NCBI GenBank assembly: GCA_026391215.1 | Contig: JAPLDX010000034.1 | Coordinates: 11,994 to 75,993, forward strand | Length of the DNA: 64,000 bases | Reading direction: 5' to 3' | Source: Bacteroidia bacterium | Lineage (GTDB): Bacteria; Bacteroidota; Bacteroidia; Bacteroidales; VadinHA17 | In this document: positions 50,030-60,182 of the stretch, one piece after another | Position numbering within the stretch: position 1 is the stretch's first letter | Layout: every line of letters starts with the position of its first letter | Program-made: the position numbers and the translations under genes | Notes under the pieces: model-generated | Seen by the model: only the letters and a program-made list of their open reading frames with translations | The model's database searches: none | What the model was told of the DNA's origin: nothing

Positions 50030-50209
50030 CTCTCCCCAACCCCTCCCCCAGAGAGGGAGGGGCTAATACATTCATAATGAGATAATTTCCCCTTCTCTCT
50101 TGGGAGAAGGGGGTAGGGGGATGAGATTTTATTAAAGGGAGGGTAATAATCTCATATTCAGGACTATATGCCCCATCTTTACGAAGCAGATAAGGGGTTG
50201 GGGGGTGAG
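50030..50209. repeat. Cluster of C-rich/G-rich hairpin repeats (REP-like)
   Basis: CCCCTCCC-N7-GGGAGGGG (~50040-50062) and CCCCTTCTC-N6-GAGAAGGGG (~50089-50112) lie in mutually inverted units; degenerate third unit at 50171-50209. Confidence 0.65.
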
Positions 50210-50255
50210 TACATGTAATTTTATTCCCTATATTTATCCTGCTAATTTTATACTC

Positions 50256-51239
50256 ATGAAGAAATACAAATGGGGGATTCTTGCCCCCGGTAAGATGTCA
50301 GCTAAATTCACAAAAGGTCTTAAGCTGCTTAAGAATACTGAATTATATGCAGTCGGTTCCCGTGATCTGAAGAGGGCAAGACTTTTTGCATCAGACTACG
50401 GATTTGAGAAATACTATGGAAGCTATGAAGAGCTGGCATCTGATAAATCGCTTGAAATAGTTTATATAGCTTCGCCCCATTCATATCATCATGAACATAC
50501 AATGTTGTGTCTGCGAAACGGGAAGAATGTAATATGTGAAAAGGCGTTTGCACTTAATGCTAAAGAAGTCAAGGAAATGGTCATTGAGGCAAAGAAGCAG
50601 AATGTCTTCCTGATGGAAGCATTATGGCCCCCTTTTCAGCCATTTTATAAAAAGGCAAATGAAATTCTCAAATCAGGGATACTGGGGAAAATAGTTCATC
50701 TTGATGGTTATTTTTCTTTCATACCGCCATACCATCCTGATGACAGGAAATTCAACCTTGCTCTTGGAGGCGGCTCGCTCCTTGATATTGGCATCTATCC
50801 TGTTATTGACGCATTGACATTTCTTGGGGTTCCTTCAGATATAAAAGCCACTGCAATATTCGGAGATACAGGTTCGGAGGAATCGCTCAGTGTGATTTTC
50901 AGTTATCAGGATGGCAGGATGGCTTCGCTTTACAGCTCATTCAGGACAAACATCGGAATAGGATGTGAGATCTATTGTGAAAAGGGTAATCTGACAGTGA
51001 CCCGGGGCAGGGATATGAATCAGAAAGTAATTCTTGAATTGCATGGCTCCGAAAAACAGGAATTTGTTTTCAATCCCCCGGCAATGGGTTATCACTGGGA
51101 GGGTGAGGAGGTGATGAAATGTCTTGATAAAGGGCTGATCGAAAGCCCTGTTGTCCCGCTCTCGTTCAGTCTGGACCTGATAAAAACACTTGACAGGATC
51201 AGAAAAGCTGCTGGCATCGTATTTCCCGGCAGAGACTAG
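50256..51239 (+). CDS. Gfo/Idh/MocA family oxidoreductase
   Basis: WGILAPG, VYIASPH, VICEKAF, FLMEALW, GGSLLDIGIY; ATG at 50256. Confidence 0.92.
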   Translation: MKKYKWGILAPGKMSAKFTKGLKLLKNTELYAVGSRDLKRARLFASDYGFEKYYGSYEELASDKSLEIVYIASPHSYHHEHTMLCLRNGKNVICEKAFALNAKEVKEMVIEAKKQNVFLMEALWPPFQPFYKKANEILKSGILGKIVHLDGYFSFIPPYHPDDRKFNLALGGGSLLDIGIYPVIDALTFLGVPSDIKATAIFGDTGSEESLSVIFSYQDGRMASLYSSFRTNIGIGCEIYCEKGNLTVTRGRDMNQKVILELHGSEKQEFVFNPPAMGYHWEGEEVMKCLDKGLIESPVVPLSFSLDLIKTLDRIRKAAGIVFPGRD

Positions 51240-51291
51240 AAAAAAGAAAAGGAGAGGGGGAGAAAGGGAGAATTAGATTGCAAGACAAATT

Positions 51292-51942
51292 ATGTCTGAT
51301 ATTAAAACCGAAAGTTCATTTTACAGGAAAAAATTTCTCCTTAGCCTGATCATTCCCGGAACGTTTGTATTCCTGATGTGGCTGGTTAAGATCATCGAGG
51401 TACTTTTCGAAATTGATCTTTCAGGTCTGGGGATTTACCCGTTATCGGTAAAAGGAGTGCCGGGAATAATCTTTTCTCCGTTCATTCACGGCGACTTCAC
51501 ACACCTGTTCAATAATTCATTGCCACTTTTGCTGCTCTCTATTGCCCTGTTCTATTTTTATTCAGAAATAGCATTAAAAGTATTTACATGGACATATTTT
51601 CTGACGGGGGTGCTTGTCTGGTTCGGAGGCAGGGCGGCATGGCACATTGGCGCCAGCGGACTTGTATACGGGCTTGCCTCATTCCTGTTTTTCAGCGGCA
51701 TCATACGTCGCTATTTCAGGCTTATAGCATTGTCCCTGCTAGTGGTTTTCCTATATGGTGAAATGGTATGGGGCATATTTCCCGGAGTATATAAGAATGT
51801 ATCCTGGGAATCCCATATGCTTGGTTTTTTTTCAGGAATAGTACTCGCGGTCTGGTACAGGAAGGAAGGACCGCAAAGGCCGGTATATAAATGGATGGAT
51901 GAGGAAGAGGAGAAGGAGGGAAAGGGAGAAGAGGAGAATTAG
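51292..51942 (+). CDS. Rhomboid intramembrane serine protease
   Basis: FIHGDFTHLFNN, HIGASGLVYG, SWESHMLG. Confidence 0.92.
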   Translation: MSDIKTESSFYRKKFLLSLIIPGTFVFLMWLVKIIEVLFEIDLSGLGIYPLSVKGVPGIIFSPFIHGDFTHLFNNSLPLLLLSIALFYFYSEIALKVFTWTYFLTGVLVWFGGRAAWHIGASGLVYGLASFLFFSGIIRRYFRLIALSLLVVFLYGEMVWGIFPGVYKNVSWESHMLGFFSGIVLAVWYRKEGPQRPVYKWMDEEEEKEGKGEEEN

Positions 51943-51989
51943 TATGAAGTAATTATATTATATTGCATTATTGGTGAAGAAACTCTGAA

Positions 51990-52919
51990 ATGGATTTGTC
52001 GGTAGTAATAGTAAGTTATAGGGGCAGGGAGAGGCTTACAAAATGTCTTGAAGCGCTGAATTCTTTTACCGGGAAAAACTTCAGCATGGAGGTTATTGTG
52101 GTGAACAATAGTCCGGAAGATAAATCTTTTATGGAGATTGAAAATAGATTTTCAAAGTTCAGGTTTATTCATAACAACATAAACGGAGGATATTCAAATG
52201 GATGCAACCTGGGTTGCTCAAAAGCTACAGGTGATTACTTCCTAATTCTTAATCCAGATACTGTAGCAAGAGAGGAAGAGATAAAGAAACTTCTGGATGC
52301 TGCCAGGTCAAATCCATCATATTATATTATATCCTGCCGTCAGGTCAGGGAAGACGGGAAAGAGAGTAAGTCCTCGGGATCATTTCCCTGGGAAAGAACC
52401 GGGAGGGAGCTGAAAGGAAATCTGAAAGAGGTGACATTCCCAGACTGGGTTTCCGGATCAGTAATGATGATGAGCAGGAACATTTTTGCAATGTTGAATG
52501 GATTTGATGAGGATTTCTGGATGTATTCAGAAGATGTTGACCTATGCCGCCGTGCAAGGAACAAAGGAGGAGAAGTTGCTCTTTATAATAATATTTCAAT
52601 TGAACATAATCATGGTGGAAGCACCAGGGAAGACCTAAGAACAACAGCAGTATCAAAATGCGAAGTTCAGATATCAAGGCATCTGTATATTCATAAACAT
52701 GAAAAAGGGATAAGAAGAATTTTGATCCAGGTCTTCATAGTGACTGACAATCTTATAACTGGAATTATTACCGGGCTGACAGGACTTCTTCTTTTTTTCA
52801 TCCCAAAGATTTTCGTAAGATTCCTTCTTCGGATAAGGCTGATTGATTATTATTCTGGTTCGTTGCTGAGGAGATCATGGCTAAGTCCCAGGTCGGTGAA
52901 CTTCAGAAAGAAGGCATAA
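51990..52919 (+). CDS. Glycosyltransferase family 2
   Basis: LSVVIVSY, GYSNGCNLG, LILNPD, DWVSGS, GFDEDFWMYSEDVDLC. Confidence 0.92.
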   Translation: MDLSVVIVSYRGRERLTKCLEALNSFTGKNFSMEVIVVNNSPEDKSFMEIENRFSKFRFIHNNINGGYSNGCNLGCSKATGDYFLILNPDTVAREEEIKKLLDAARSNPSYYIISCRQVREDGKESKSSGSFPWERTGRELKGNLKEVTFPDWVSGSVMMMSRNIFAMLNGFDEDFWMYSEDVDLCRRARNKGGEVALYNNISIEHNHGGSTREDLRTTAVSKCEVQISRHLYIHKHEKGIRRILIQVFIVTDNLITGIITGLTGLLLFFIPKIFVRFLLRIRLIDYYSGSLLRRSWLSPRSVNFRKKA

Positions 52920-52939
52920 TAAGGAAAAGAATTCACTAA

Positions 52940-54250
52940 ATGCACGGGAGATTCAGTTATAAAAGCAAAGATCAGCTTATTCTAAAAGCCCGGGAATTGA
53001 ACCTGGATATGCCTTATTCTGAAGACCTTAGCCCGCTTACCGAATCCGCAATTGTGAATGGCTTTCCCGTGACTAACAGGATGGTTGTTCAGCCTATGGA
53101 GGGGCACGATGGAGAATATGATGGCTCTCCCTCGGATCTTTCAAGAAGAAGATACCTTCGCTATGCTGAAGGGGGCAGCGGGATAATCTGGTTTGAAGCA
53201 GTCTCGGTTTCATCTGACGGGAGATCAAATCCCCGGCAACTCTGGATGCAGAAAAAAAGTCAGGATAAATATTCCTTCCTGAATGGGGACATCAGGAAAC
53301 ATGCCAATAAGAACGGGTTTAATCCGATGCTGGTGATCCAGCTTACCCATTCCGGGCGTTACAGCAATCCTGAAGGAAAATCCGCACCCCGCGTCGCTTC
53401 ATTAAATCCGGTTCTTGATAAAACAGCACCTTTTATTCTTTCAGATGACGATCTTAAAAGGATCCAGGATCAATATGTTATTGCTTCCCGTTTGTCTTTC
53501 CGGTCAGGGTTTGATGCTATAGATATCAAAGCCTGCCATGGTTACCTGGTGGTTGAACTTCTTGCTGCAAAAAACCGGGAAAAGAGTATTTTCGGAGGTG
53601 AAGAAACGGAAAAGAGATTCAGATTCATGCTTGAGACGATTGACAGGATAAAGGATGAGGTCCCTGATATTATCGTAACAACACGTTTGAACATTTCAGA
53701 TTTGTACCAGGGAGGTTTTGGTGTTAATGAGACCGGACAGGCTGATTTCACTGAACCATTAAAGCTTGTCGAAGGGTTACAGCAGAAGGGAATACAGATG
53801 ATCAATTTAAGCATGGGGAGCCCGTATTTCAATTCGCATATAACACGTCCATATGATAATCCCCTGCCCGGGTTTAATGTTCCGGCAGAGTACCCTCTTG
53901 AAGGCGTTGTGAGAATGATAAATGGCACCGCCCTTTTTCAAAAAAGATTTCGGGCAATTTCGTTTGTGGGCTCAGCATATTCCTGGCTGAGGCAATACGC
54001 TCCCCATGCGGGTGCTGCAGTTCTTACAAATGGCGGAGCTTCCTTTATCGGATTTGGAAGAAATTCATTTGCATATCCCTCAATGCCGTCAGACATTATA
54101 AATAAAGGCAAAGCTGATCCCGGAAAATGCTGTATCACCTGTTCAGGATGCACCCGTCTTATTAGCAGTTTCAAACCGGGAGGATGTGTTATTCAGGACA
54201 GAGAAATTTATGGAGTTGAACTGAAAAAACTGATAGCCGATGGACACTGA
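52940..54250 (+). CDS. NADH:flavin oxidoreductase (old yellow enzyme TIM barrel) with a C-terminal Fe-S motif
   Basis: NRMVVQPMEG, GGSGIIWFEA, QLTHSGR, GFDAIDIKACHGYL; CITCSGC-x11-C. Confidence 0.87.
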   Translation: MHGRFSYKSKDQLILKARELNLDMPYSEDLSPLTESAIVNGFPVTNRMVVQPMEGHDGEYDGSPSDLSRRRYLRYAEGGSGIIWFEAVSVSSDGRSNPRQLWMQKKSQDKYSFLNGDIRKHANKNGFNPMLVIQLTHSGRYSNPEGKSAPRVASLNPVLDKTAPFILSDDDLKRIQDQYVIASRLSFRSGFDAIDIKACHGYLVVELLAAKNREKSIFGGEETEKRFRFMLETIDRIKDEVPDIIVTTRLNISDLYQGGFGVNETGQADFTEPLKLVEGLQQKGIQMINLSMGSPYFNSHITRPYDNPLPGFNVPAEYPLEGVVRMINGTALFQKRFRAISFVGSAYSWLRQYAPHAGAAVLTNGGASFIGFGRNSFAYPSMPSDIINKGKADPGKCCITCSGCTRLISSFKPGGCVIQDREIYGVELKKLIADGH

Positions 54251-56231
54251 AACAAGGAATATCAGAAACTTTGATTTAACCTGTTACGAAGCTAATACTC
54301 TTATAATAGGTAGCGGAGCAGCATCACTGAATGCAGCTGTTTCACTGCATTCATCAGGGCAGAAGGATATTGTCATTGCTACAACAAAGTGGGGGGCAGG
54401 AACTTCAAATAATGCAGGTTCGGATAAGCAAACATATTATAAGCTTTCGCTCAGCGGAGAGAAAGGCGATTCAGTCATTGAAATGGCAAGAGACCTCTAT
54501 GACGGGAAGTGCATGCATGGTGATATTGCCCTCTGCGAGGCGCAGGGTTCGGTTCAGGCATTCATGAATCTTGTCAGTCTCGGTGTACCGTTTCCCCGCG
54601 ATAAATACGGAAGCTGGGCAGGATATAAAACTGATAATGACCCTCGTTCAAGGGCTACTTCTGCAGGTCCATATACTTCAAAGAAGATGTTTGAAGTTCT
54701 TGCCGGAGAGGTGAAAAGGCGGAGGATAAAAATACTGGACCGGCACCAGGTTATTGCTCTTCTGACTGACAGAAACAGGACAAAAGTAATTGGCGCGCTT
54801 GCAATAAACATGAAAGCAAAAGATCCTTTTAAAGGATTTGTCCTGTTCAACTGCATGAATATTATCCTTGGTACCGGCGGTCCGGCGGGTATTTATGAAA
54901 CAAGCGTTTATCCATTGTCGCAGAGCGGATCAATCGGCATGGCATTCAAAGCAGGCGCCACCGGGCAGAACCTTACAGAATCACAATTCGGGATAGCTTC
55001 GACAAAATTCAGGTGGAACCTTTCCGGAAGCTATCAGCAGGCAATACCCAGGTACATTTCAACAGACAAAAGAGGCTCGGACAGAATAGAATTCCTGAAC
55101 GATTTCTTTCCTGACATTAAATCATTATCGAAAGCAATATTCATGAAAGGAAATCAATGGCCCTTTGATCCCCGAAGGATTGAAAACCATGGTTCTTCAT
55201 TGATAGATCTTCTGATATTCAGGGAAATATGTGAAAAGCAGCGGAATGTATATATTGATTATTCACAAAATCCTTCCTTTCTAAAGGGAGAATCATTCTC
55301 ATTTGAGAATCTTGATAAGGAGGTATTTGATTTCCTGAACAGATCAGGTGCATTAAAGGAGAGTCCGCTGGATAGGCTTCTTGCACTTAATGGTCCGGCA
55401 TATTCACTTTATAAGGAGCACGGGATAGACCTTGCCCGGGAACCTCTTCAGGTATCGGTGTGTGTTCAGCATAACAACGGTGGTCTCAAGGCCGGGATAT
55501 GGTGGGAATCTGATCTGAAACACCTCTTCCCCGTAGGTGAGGTGAATGGCTCCCATGGAGTTTACAGGCCGGGCGGGGCAGCACTGAATTCAGGACAGGT
55601 GGGAAGCTACAGGGCAGCGCAGTTTATATCTGCAAAATACAATACCCCCGTTCCCGGATCAGATGAATTGCTGAATGAGGCAAAAGAACAGATTGACTCA
55701 GAACTAACACTTGCTGAAAGATGGCTTACTCCGGGGAAAGCATACGGAAACCGTCAGTTCCTGAGAGAGATAAGGAAGCGAATGTCGGAAGCAGGAGGCA
55801 TTATCAGGAGCCTGCAGAAAGTAACAGCCGCATTTGCAGAAGCGGAGGAAATGAAAAAACAGCTTCATGAACAGATATCTGCCGGTTCTGTAAAAGAGCT
55901 GTCTGAAGCCTTTTTGCTGAGTGACCACTGCCTGACCCATTATATTTATCTCGATGCGATAAAGACATACCTTGAAAAGGGAGGCAGGAGCAGAGGATCA
56001 TACCTTGTGACAGAAAATCAAACCTGCCTGCTTAATGATATTACCGACGGAAACTGGAAACCTGATCTGTGCAGGTACGACAGGGAAATCGAAATAGAGA
56101 TTCTTGAGGTTGGTTTAAGTGATGAAAGAACAACAAAGAAGCTTGTGAAAGTCAGGGAAATACCCGTTCAGGATCTTTGGTTTGAGAAGATCTGGAAGGA
56201 TTTCACCGAAGATATTCTCGGGGAGTGTTGA
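54240..56231 (+). CDS. FAD-binding protein, SdhA/FrdA/NadB-like flavoprotein superfamily
   Basis: IIGSGAAS, ILGTGG, QHNNGGL, LFPVGE, HGVYRPGGAALNSGQVG, SRGSY; overlaps the OYE gene by 11 bp. Confidence 0.83.
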   Translation: MDTETRNIRNFDLTCYEANTLIIGSGAASLNAAVSLHSSGQKDIVIATTKWGAGTSNNAGSDKQTYYKLSLSGEKGDSVIEMARDLYDGKCMHGDIALCEAQGSVQAFMNLVSLGVPFPRDKYGSWAGYKTDNDPRSRATSAGPYTSKKMFEVLAGEVKRRRIKILDRHQVIALLTDRNRTKVIGALAINMKAKDPFKGFVLFNCMNIILGTGGPAGIYETSVYPLSQSGSIGMAFKAGATGQNLTESQFGIASTKFRWNLSGSYQQAIPRYISTDKRGSDRIEFLNDFFPDIKSLSKAIFMKGNQWPFDPRRIENHGSSLIDLLIFREICEKQRNVYIDYSQNPSFLKGESFSFENLDKEVFDFLNRSGALKESPLDRLLALNGPAYSLYKEHGIDLAREPLQVSVCVQHNNGGLKAGIWWESDLKHLFPVGEVNGSHGVYRPGGAALNSGQVGSYRAAQFISAKYNTPVPGSDELLNEAKEQIDSELTLAERWLTPGKAYGNRQFLREIRKRMSEAGGIIRSLQKVTAAFAEAEEMKKQLHEQISAGSVKELSEAFLLSDHCLTHYIYLDAIKTYLEKGGRSRGSYLVTENQTCLLNDITDGNWKPDLCRYDREIEIEILEVGLSDERTTKKLVKVREIPVQDLWFEKIWKDFTEDILGEC

Positions 56232-56297
56232 CCGTATTGCCCAAATTATTACCTTTACCGCCGGATTTTCTGTAAAACCTGGTAATACCCGATTACG

Positions 56298-57077
56298 ATG
56301 AATCATAAACCTGTAGCAGTTATTACAGGCGCCAGCAGAGGGATCGGCAGGGCAATAGCAATTTCCCTTGCATCTGAAGGCTTTGACATCGCAGCAATAG
56401 CACGTTCCGTAGACAGTGAAGGGATGGAAATACTTGCTCCTGAGATTGAAAAGAGAGGAGCAGAGTTTTTCCCGATCGGACTTGATATTTCATGTACAGG
56501 TTGCCAGACAGAAGTGGTTTCAAATATCCTTGAAAGGTACGGCAGGATAGATTTCCTGGTAAATAATGCAGGAGTAGCTCCGCTTCAGCGTAACGATCTT
56601 CTTGAAATGTCGGAAGAGAGCTATAACAGGGTAATGAATATTAACCTGAAGGGCCCATTTTTCTTTGCACAGAAGGTCGCGAAAGAGATGATCTGGCTAA
56701 AAGACCAAATATCTGATTATAAACCTGTTATAGTATTTATTTCGTCCGTATCGGCTACATTGTCCTCCACTAACAGGGCTGAATATTGTATATCAAAAGC
56801 CGGGCTCAGCATGGCATCAACCATATATGCTGACAGATTGTCAAAAGAAAATATCCGTGTCTATGAAGTCCGTCCCGGAATTGTTCAGACCGACATGACC
56901 ATAAAAGTCAAGGATAAGTATGACAAGATGATCAATGAAGGACGGGTGCCTCAAAACCGGTGGGGTATACCGGAGGATATAGGAAAAGCCATTGCATCAA
57001 TTGCACGTGGCGACTGGGATTTCTCAACCGGCATGGTATTCGAGATCAGCGGCGGATTGAATATCCATAAGTTATAA
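56298..57077 (+). CDS. Short-chain dehydrogenase/reductase (FabG-like)
   Basis: TGASRGIG, VNNAG, SS, YCISK (YxxxK), PG..QTDM. Confidence 0.92.
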   Translation: MNHKPVAVITGASRGIGRAIAISLASEGFDIAAIARSVDSEGMEILAPEIEKRGAEFFPIGLDISCTGCQTEVVSNILERYGRIDFLVNNAGVAPLQRNDLLEMSEESYNRVMNINLKGPFFFAQKVAKEMIWLKDQISDYKPVIVFISSVSATLSSTNRAEYCISKAGLSMASTIYADRLSKENIRVYEVRPGIVQTDMTIKVKDKYDKMINEGRVPQNRWGIPEDIGKAIASIARGDWDFSTGMVFEISGGLNIHKL

Positions 57078-57149
57078 TCATTCTTTATTCGCAAATGAAC
57101 ATTGTTGTTGAATCGTTTGTTTAAGATTCAACACACAAAAATGTATAAT

Positions 57150-57713
57150 ATGAAAAATGCAGTTTTTTTTATCGCAATAATGTTAATTACAGTAACAATG
57201 AATGCACAGATTAAATTTAATGCAGATGCAGAAAAAACCACCTTATCATGGCTTGGTGAAAAAGTAACCGGAGAGCATACGGGAACAATTAAACTGCAGG
57301 AGGGTTGGCTGAACTGGCAGGATAATAAAATTATATCAGGAGAATTTGACATTGATATGACAAGTATCAAGGAAGACAAAGGAAGTGAAATGCTTGAGAA
57401 GCATCTGAAATCGGATGATTTTTTCGGAGTTGAAAAATATCCGTTATCAAAAATTGTCATTACCGAAAGCTCAGCCTTCGATAAAGGTACCGCAGTCGTT
57501 AAAGGAGATCTGACAATTAAAGGAATTACAAATCCTATTGAATTCAAGGCTACAATGCAGAAGAAAGATGACGGTACATGGTTTTATGCAAATATTGTTG
57601 TTGACAGAACAAAATACAATGTCCGCTACGGATCGGGTTCATTCTTCGACAATCTTGGAGATAAAACCATCTATGATGAGTTCAAGCTGAAGGTGAATCT
57701 TTTAGTAAAATAA
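57150..57713 (+). CDS. YceI family lipid/polyisoprenoid-binding protein
   Basis: Signal peptide; W.GEKVTGEHTG, HLKSDDFF, GDLTIKGIT, DRTKYNVRYGS. Confidence 0.92.
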   Translation: MKNAVFFIAIMLITVTMNAQIKFNADAEKTTLSWLGEKVTGEHTGTIKLQEGWLNWQDNKIISGEFDIDMTSIKEDKGSEMLEKHLKSDDFFGVEKYPLSKIVITESSAFDKGTAVVKGDLTIKGITNPIEFKATMQKKDDGTWFYANIVVDRTKYNVRYGSGSFFDNLGDKTIYDEFKLKVNLLVK

Positions 57714-57794
57714 ATCTCAGAATTTTAATTTTGGGTTAAGTATAGGAAAAGTCACAAATCATGACAATCTTGTATTGATAAAATACAGGATTCC

Positions 57795-59054
57795 ATGACC
57801 AGTGACGTTTCCGTTAGTAATAACAAGCAGAAATTTGTTTATCAGGGATTTCTGATCCCATTCATCCTTGTGACGAGCCTGTTTTTTTTATGGGGTTTTG
57901 CTCACGGATGTATCGATGTTCTCAATAAGCATTTTCAGGAACTGCTTAGCATGTCAAAGGCAAAATCAGCCTTTCTTCAGTTCGTCTTCTACGGAGGATA
58001 TTTCCTGATGGCGCTTCCTGCAGGCTTGCTGATGCAAAAAGCAGGATACAAAAAGGGTATAATCTTCGGACTGCTCCTTTTTGCAGGCGGAGCATTCCTT
58101 ATGTTTCCTGCAACCCTGATGCAGACTTTCGGAAGTTTCCTTTTCTGTCTTTTCATAATTGCCTGCGGACTCACCTGCCTTGAAACAGCTGCCAATCCGT
58201 ATACTACCATTCTCGGTCCGCCGGAATCGGGCGCAAGGCGAATTAACTTTTCACAGTCATTCAATGGATTAGGATGGATAGCAGGACCGCTGGTGGGAGG
58301 GATGCTTATATTTTCCGGAACAGGTACAAGTGAGAACAAATTTGCATCAATTGCCCTTCCATATATTTTAATCGGTACGCTTGTTCTGATTGTTGCAATC
58401 TTCTTCTGGCGCGTCCATTTCCCGCAAATAAAGGAAGATACTCAATCTGAAAACGATGAGGCATCATCAGGAAAATTTTCGGACCTTTTAAAACATCCTC
58501 ATTTTGTGCTTGCCGTGGTTGCACAGTTTTTTTATGTTGCAGCACAGACCGGGATAAACAGTTTTTTTATCAATTATGTAACTGAAGAAATGCCGGCGAT
58601 AAACAATCTTGAAGCCTCAAAAATTCTGGCATTTGGAGGATTTGGATTATTCTGGCTGGGAAGGTTTACAGGAAGCACGATATTCATGCGTATTATTCGT
58701 CCAAACAGGCTTTTGGCATTCTATGCAATTATGAATGTCATAACTATGGCTCTTGTGGTCAGCGGGCTTGGATGGATATCTGTGATAGCCCTGTTTTCAA
58801 CATATTTCTTCATGTCGGTAATGTTTCCGACAATCTTTGCACTCGGCATAAAGGAGCTGGGACCTCTGACAAAAAAAGCCTCCTCATTCCTTGTGATGTC
58901 AATTGTCGGCGGAGCACTTATCCCGGTACTCATGGGACGCATTGCAGATGTATCGACAATGGCGCTGGGATTTATTGTGCCACTGGTATGTTTTGCGTTT
59001 ATATTTTATTTTGGGATCAGCGGCTACAAGGTAAAAAAATCAAGGTCTCACTGA
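57795..59054 (+). CDS. fucP: FucP-like sugar:H+ symporter (MFS)
   Basis: SLFFLWGFA, LETAANPY, RINFSQSFNGLG, QFFYVAAQ, MSVMFPTIFALG, VMSIVGGA. Confidence 0.85.
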   Translation: MTSDVSVSNNKQKFVYQGFLIPFILVTSLFFLWGFAHGCIDVLNKHFQELLSMSKAKSAFLQFVFYGGYFLMALPAGLLMQKAGYKKGIIFGLLLFAGGAFLMFPATLMQTFGSFLFCLFIIACGLTCLETAANPYTTILGPPESGARRINFSQSFNGLGWIAGPLVGGMLIFSGTGTSENKFASIALPYILIGTLVLIVAIFFWRVHFPQIKEDTQSENDEASSGKFSDLLKHPHFVLAVVAQFFYVAAQTGINSFFINYVTEEMPAINNLEASKILAFGGFGLFWLGRFTGSTIFMRIIRPNRLLAFYAIMNVITMALVVSGLGWISVIALFSTYFFMSVMFPTIFALGIKELGPLTKKASSFLVMSIVGGALIPVLMGRIADVSTMALGFIVPLVCFAFIFYFGISGYKVKKSRSH

Positions 59055-60157
59055 TAGACTCTAATATAATCTACTATCATATGCTGCGGGAAATGAGTGG
59101 TCTGATCCGGACTTCCAGGCCAGTTCCCGCCTACTGCTAAATTAAAGATGAAGAACTGTGGAAGGTCAAATGGAAAAGCACTGATCTCGCTGCGGCTCAG
59201 ATTAAAAAACTCCTTACCATCGACCAGCCATTTAAAATTATTAGAGGTCCATACAAGGCTGAAAACATGAAATCCGGTACTGAAACTGCTGCCCGACAGG
59301 GTATAGCTTTTTGACCTGCTCACATAGCCGTTTGCATCCCAGTGAACAGTCCCGTAGACTACAGAAGGCGCTTTCCCGAGAAGCTCCATAATGTCAATTT
59401 CACCGCATTTAGGCCATCCGGCGGATGAAAAATTTCCCCCAAGCATCCATAATGCAGGCCATATTCCTTGTCCTTCAGGAAGTTTAGCCCGTATATTAAT
59501 CCTGCCCCATGTAAATTCTTTCTTCCCCTGAGTGGTTATTCTGCCTGATGTATAATATGTCCATGATGGATTGAGAGCAGTAATATGCAGATATCCCGTA
59601 TCGATATGGACATTGTTTACTGAGTTTGTATAAGTCTGAAGCTCATTATTGCCCCAGCCTCCGGCTCCAAGCTCATAATTCCAGGTACCGGTGTTCAGTG
59701 ATGCAGTATTAAATTCGTCGCTCCATACGAGGCTTGTATAATCGACATTTATAATCTTAATTGTAGCACCGGTTGCGGTCAGAACGGCATTAACAGGGTT
59801 ACTTAAAATAATCCTGAAATAAACGTCCCGCTTCTGTGCAGTATCCAAAAGAATACTTACCTCAATTGTCTTTAAAATTTCACCAGGCTGAAATGTCAGC
59901 TTCCCGGCAGTAATTGCTGTATAATCCTTACCGGCCAACGCCGTACTGTCTTCTGTAATATAGTCAACGCTGACCGCTTCATCAGAAATACCCGACAGTT
60001 TTACAGGGATACTGACAGATGCCAGGGGATTATCTTCAACAACCGTAAAAGCTGAACTGGTGAAAGTAATATCAGGAGTTACCGATTCTTTTTTACAAGC
60101 ATTTAGAATTATTATCTGAAGAATAGCTGCAATAAACAGTGGTATTTTTTTTCCCAT
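59048..60157 (-). CDS. Calx-beta plus GH16 lipoprotein
   Basis: Lipobox LNAC; VSVDY.T.D.TA.AG.DY, LTFQPGE; GWGNNELQ, WPALWMLG, GEIDIME. Confidence 0.92.
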   Translation of the reverse strand: MGKKIPLFIAAILQIIILNACKKESVTPDITFTSSAFTVVEDNPLASVSIPVKLSGISDEAVSVDYITEDSTALAGKDYTAITAGKLTFQPGEILKTIEVSILLDTAQKRDVYFRIILSNPVNAVLTATGATIKIINVDYTSLVWSDEFNTASLNTGTWNYELGAGGWGNNELQTYTNSVNNVHIDTGYLHITALNPSWTYYTSGRITTQGKKEFTWGRINIRAKLPEGQGIWPALWMLGGNFSSAGWPKCGEIDIMELLGKAPSVVYGTVHWDANGYVSRSKSYTLSGSSFSTGFHVFSLVWTSNNFKWLVDGKEFFNLSRSEISAFPFDLPQFFIFNLAVGGNWPGSPDQTTHFPQHMIVDYIRVYQ

Positions 60158-60182
60158 AGAAGCTGTAAATATTATTAATCAG

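Noticed and set aside
49760-50255. Strand switch near 50 kb as a replication origin or terminus
   Set aside because: No DnaA-box cluster or dif-like site recognised; it is explained as an ordinary divergent promoter region
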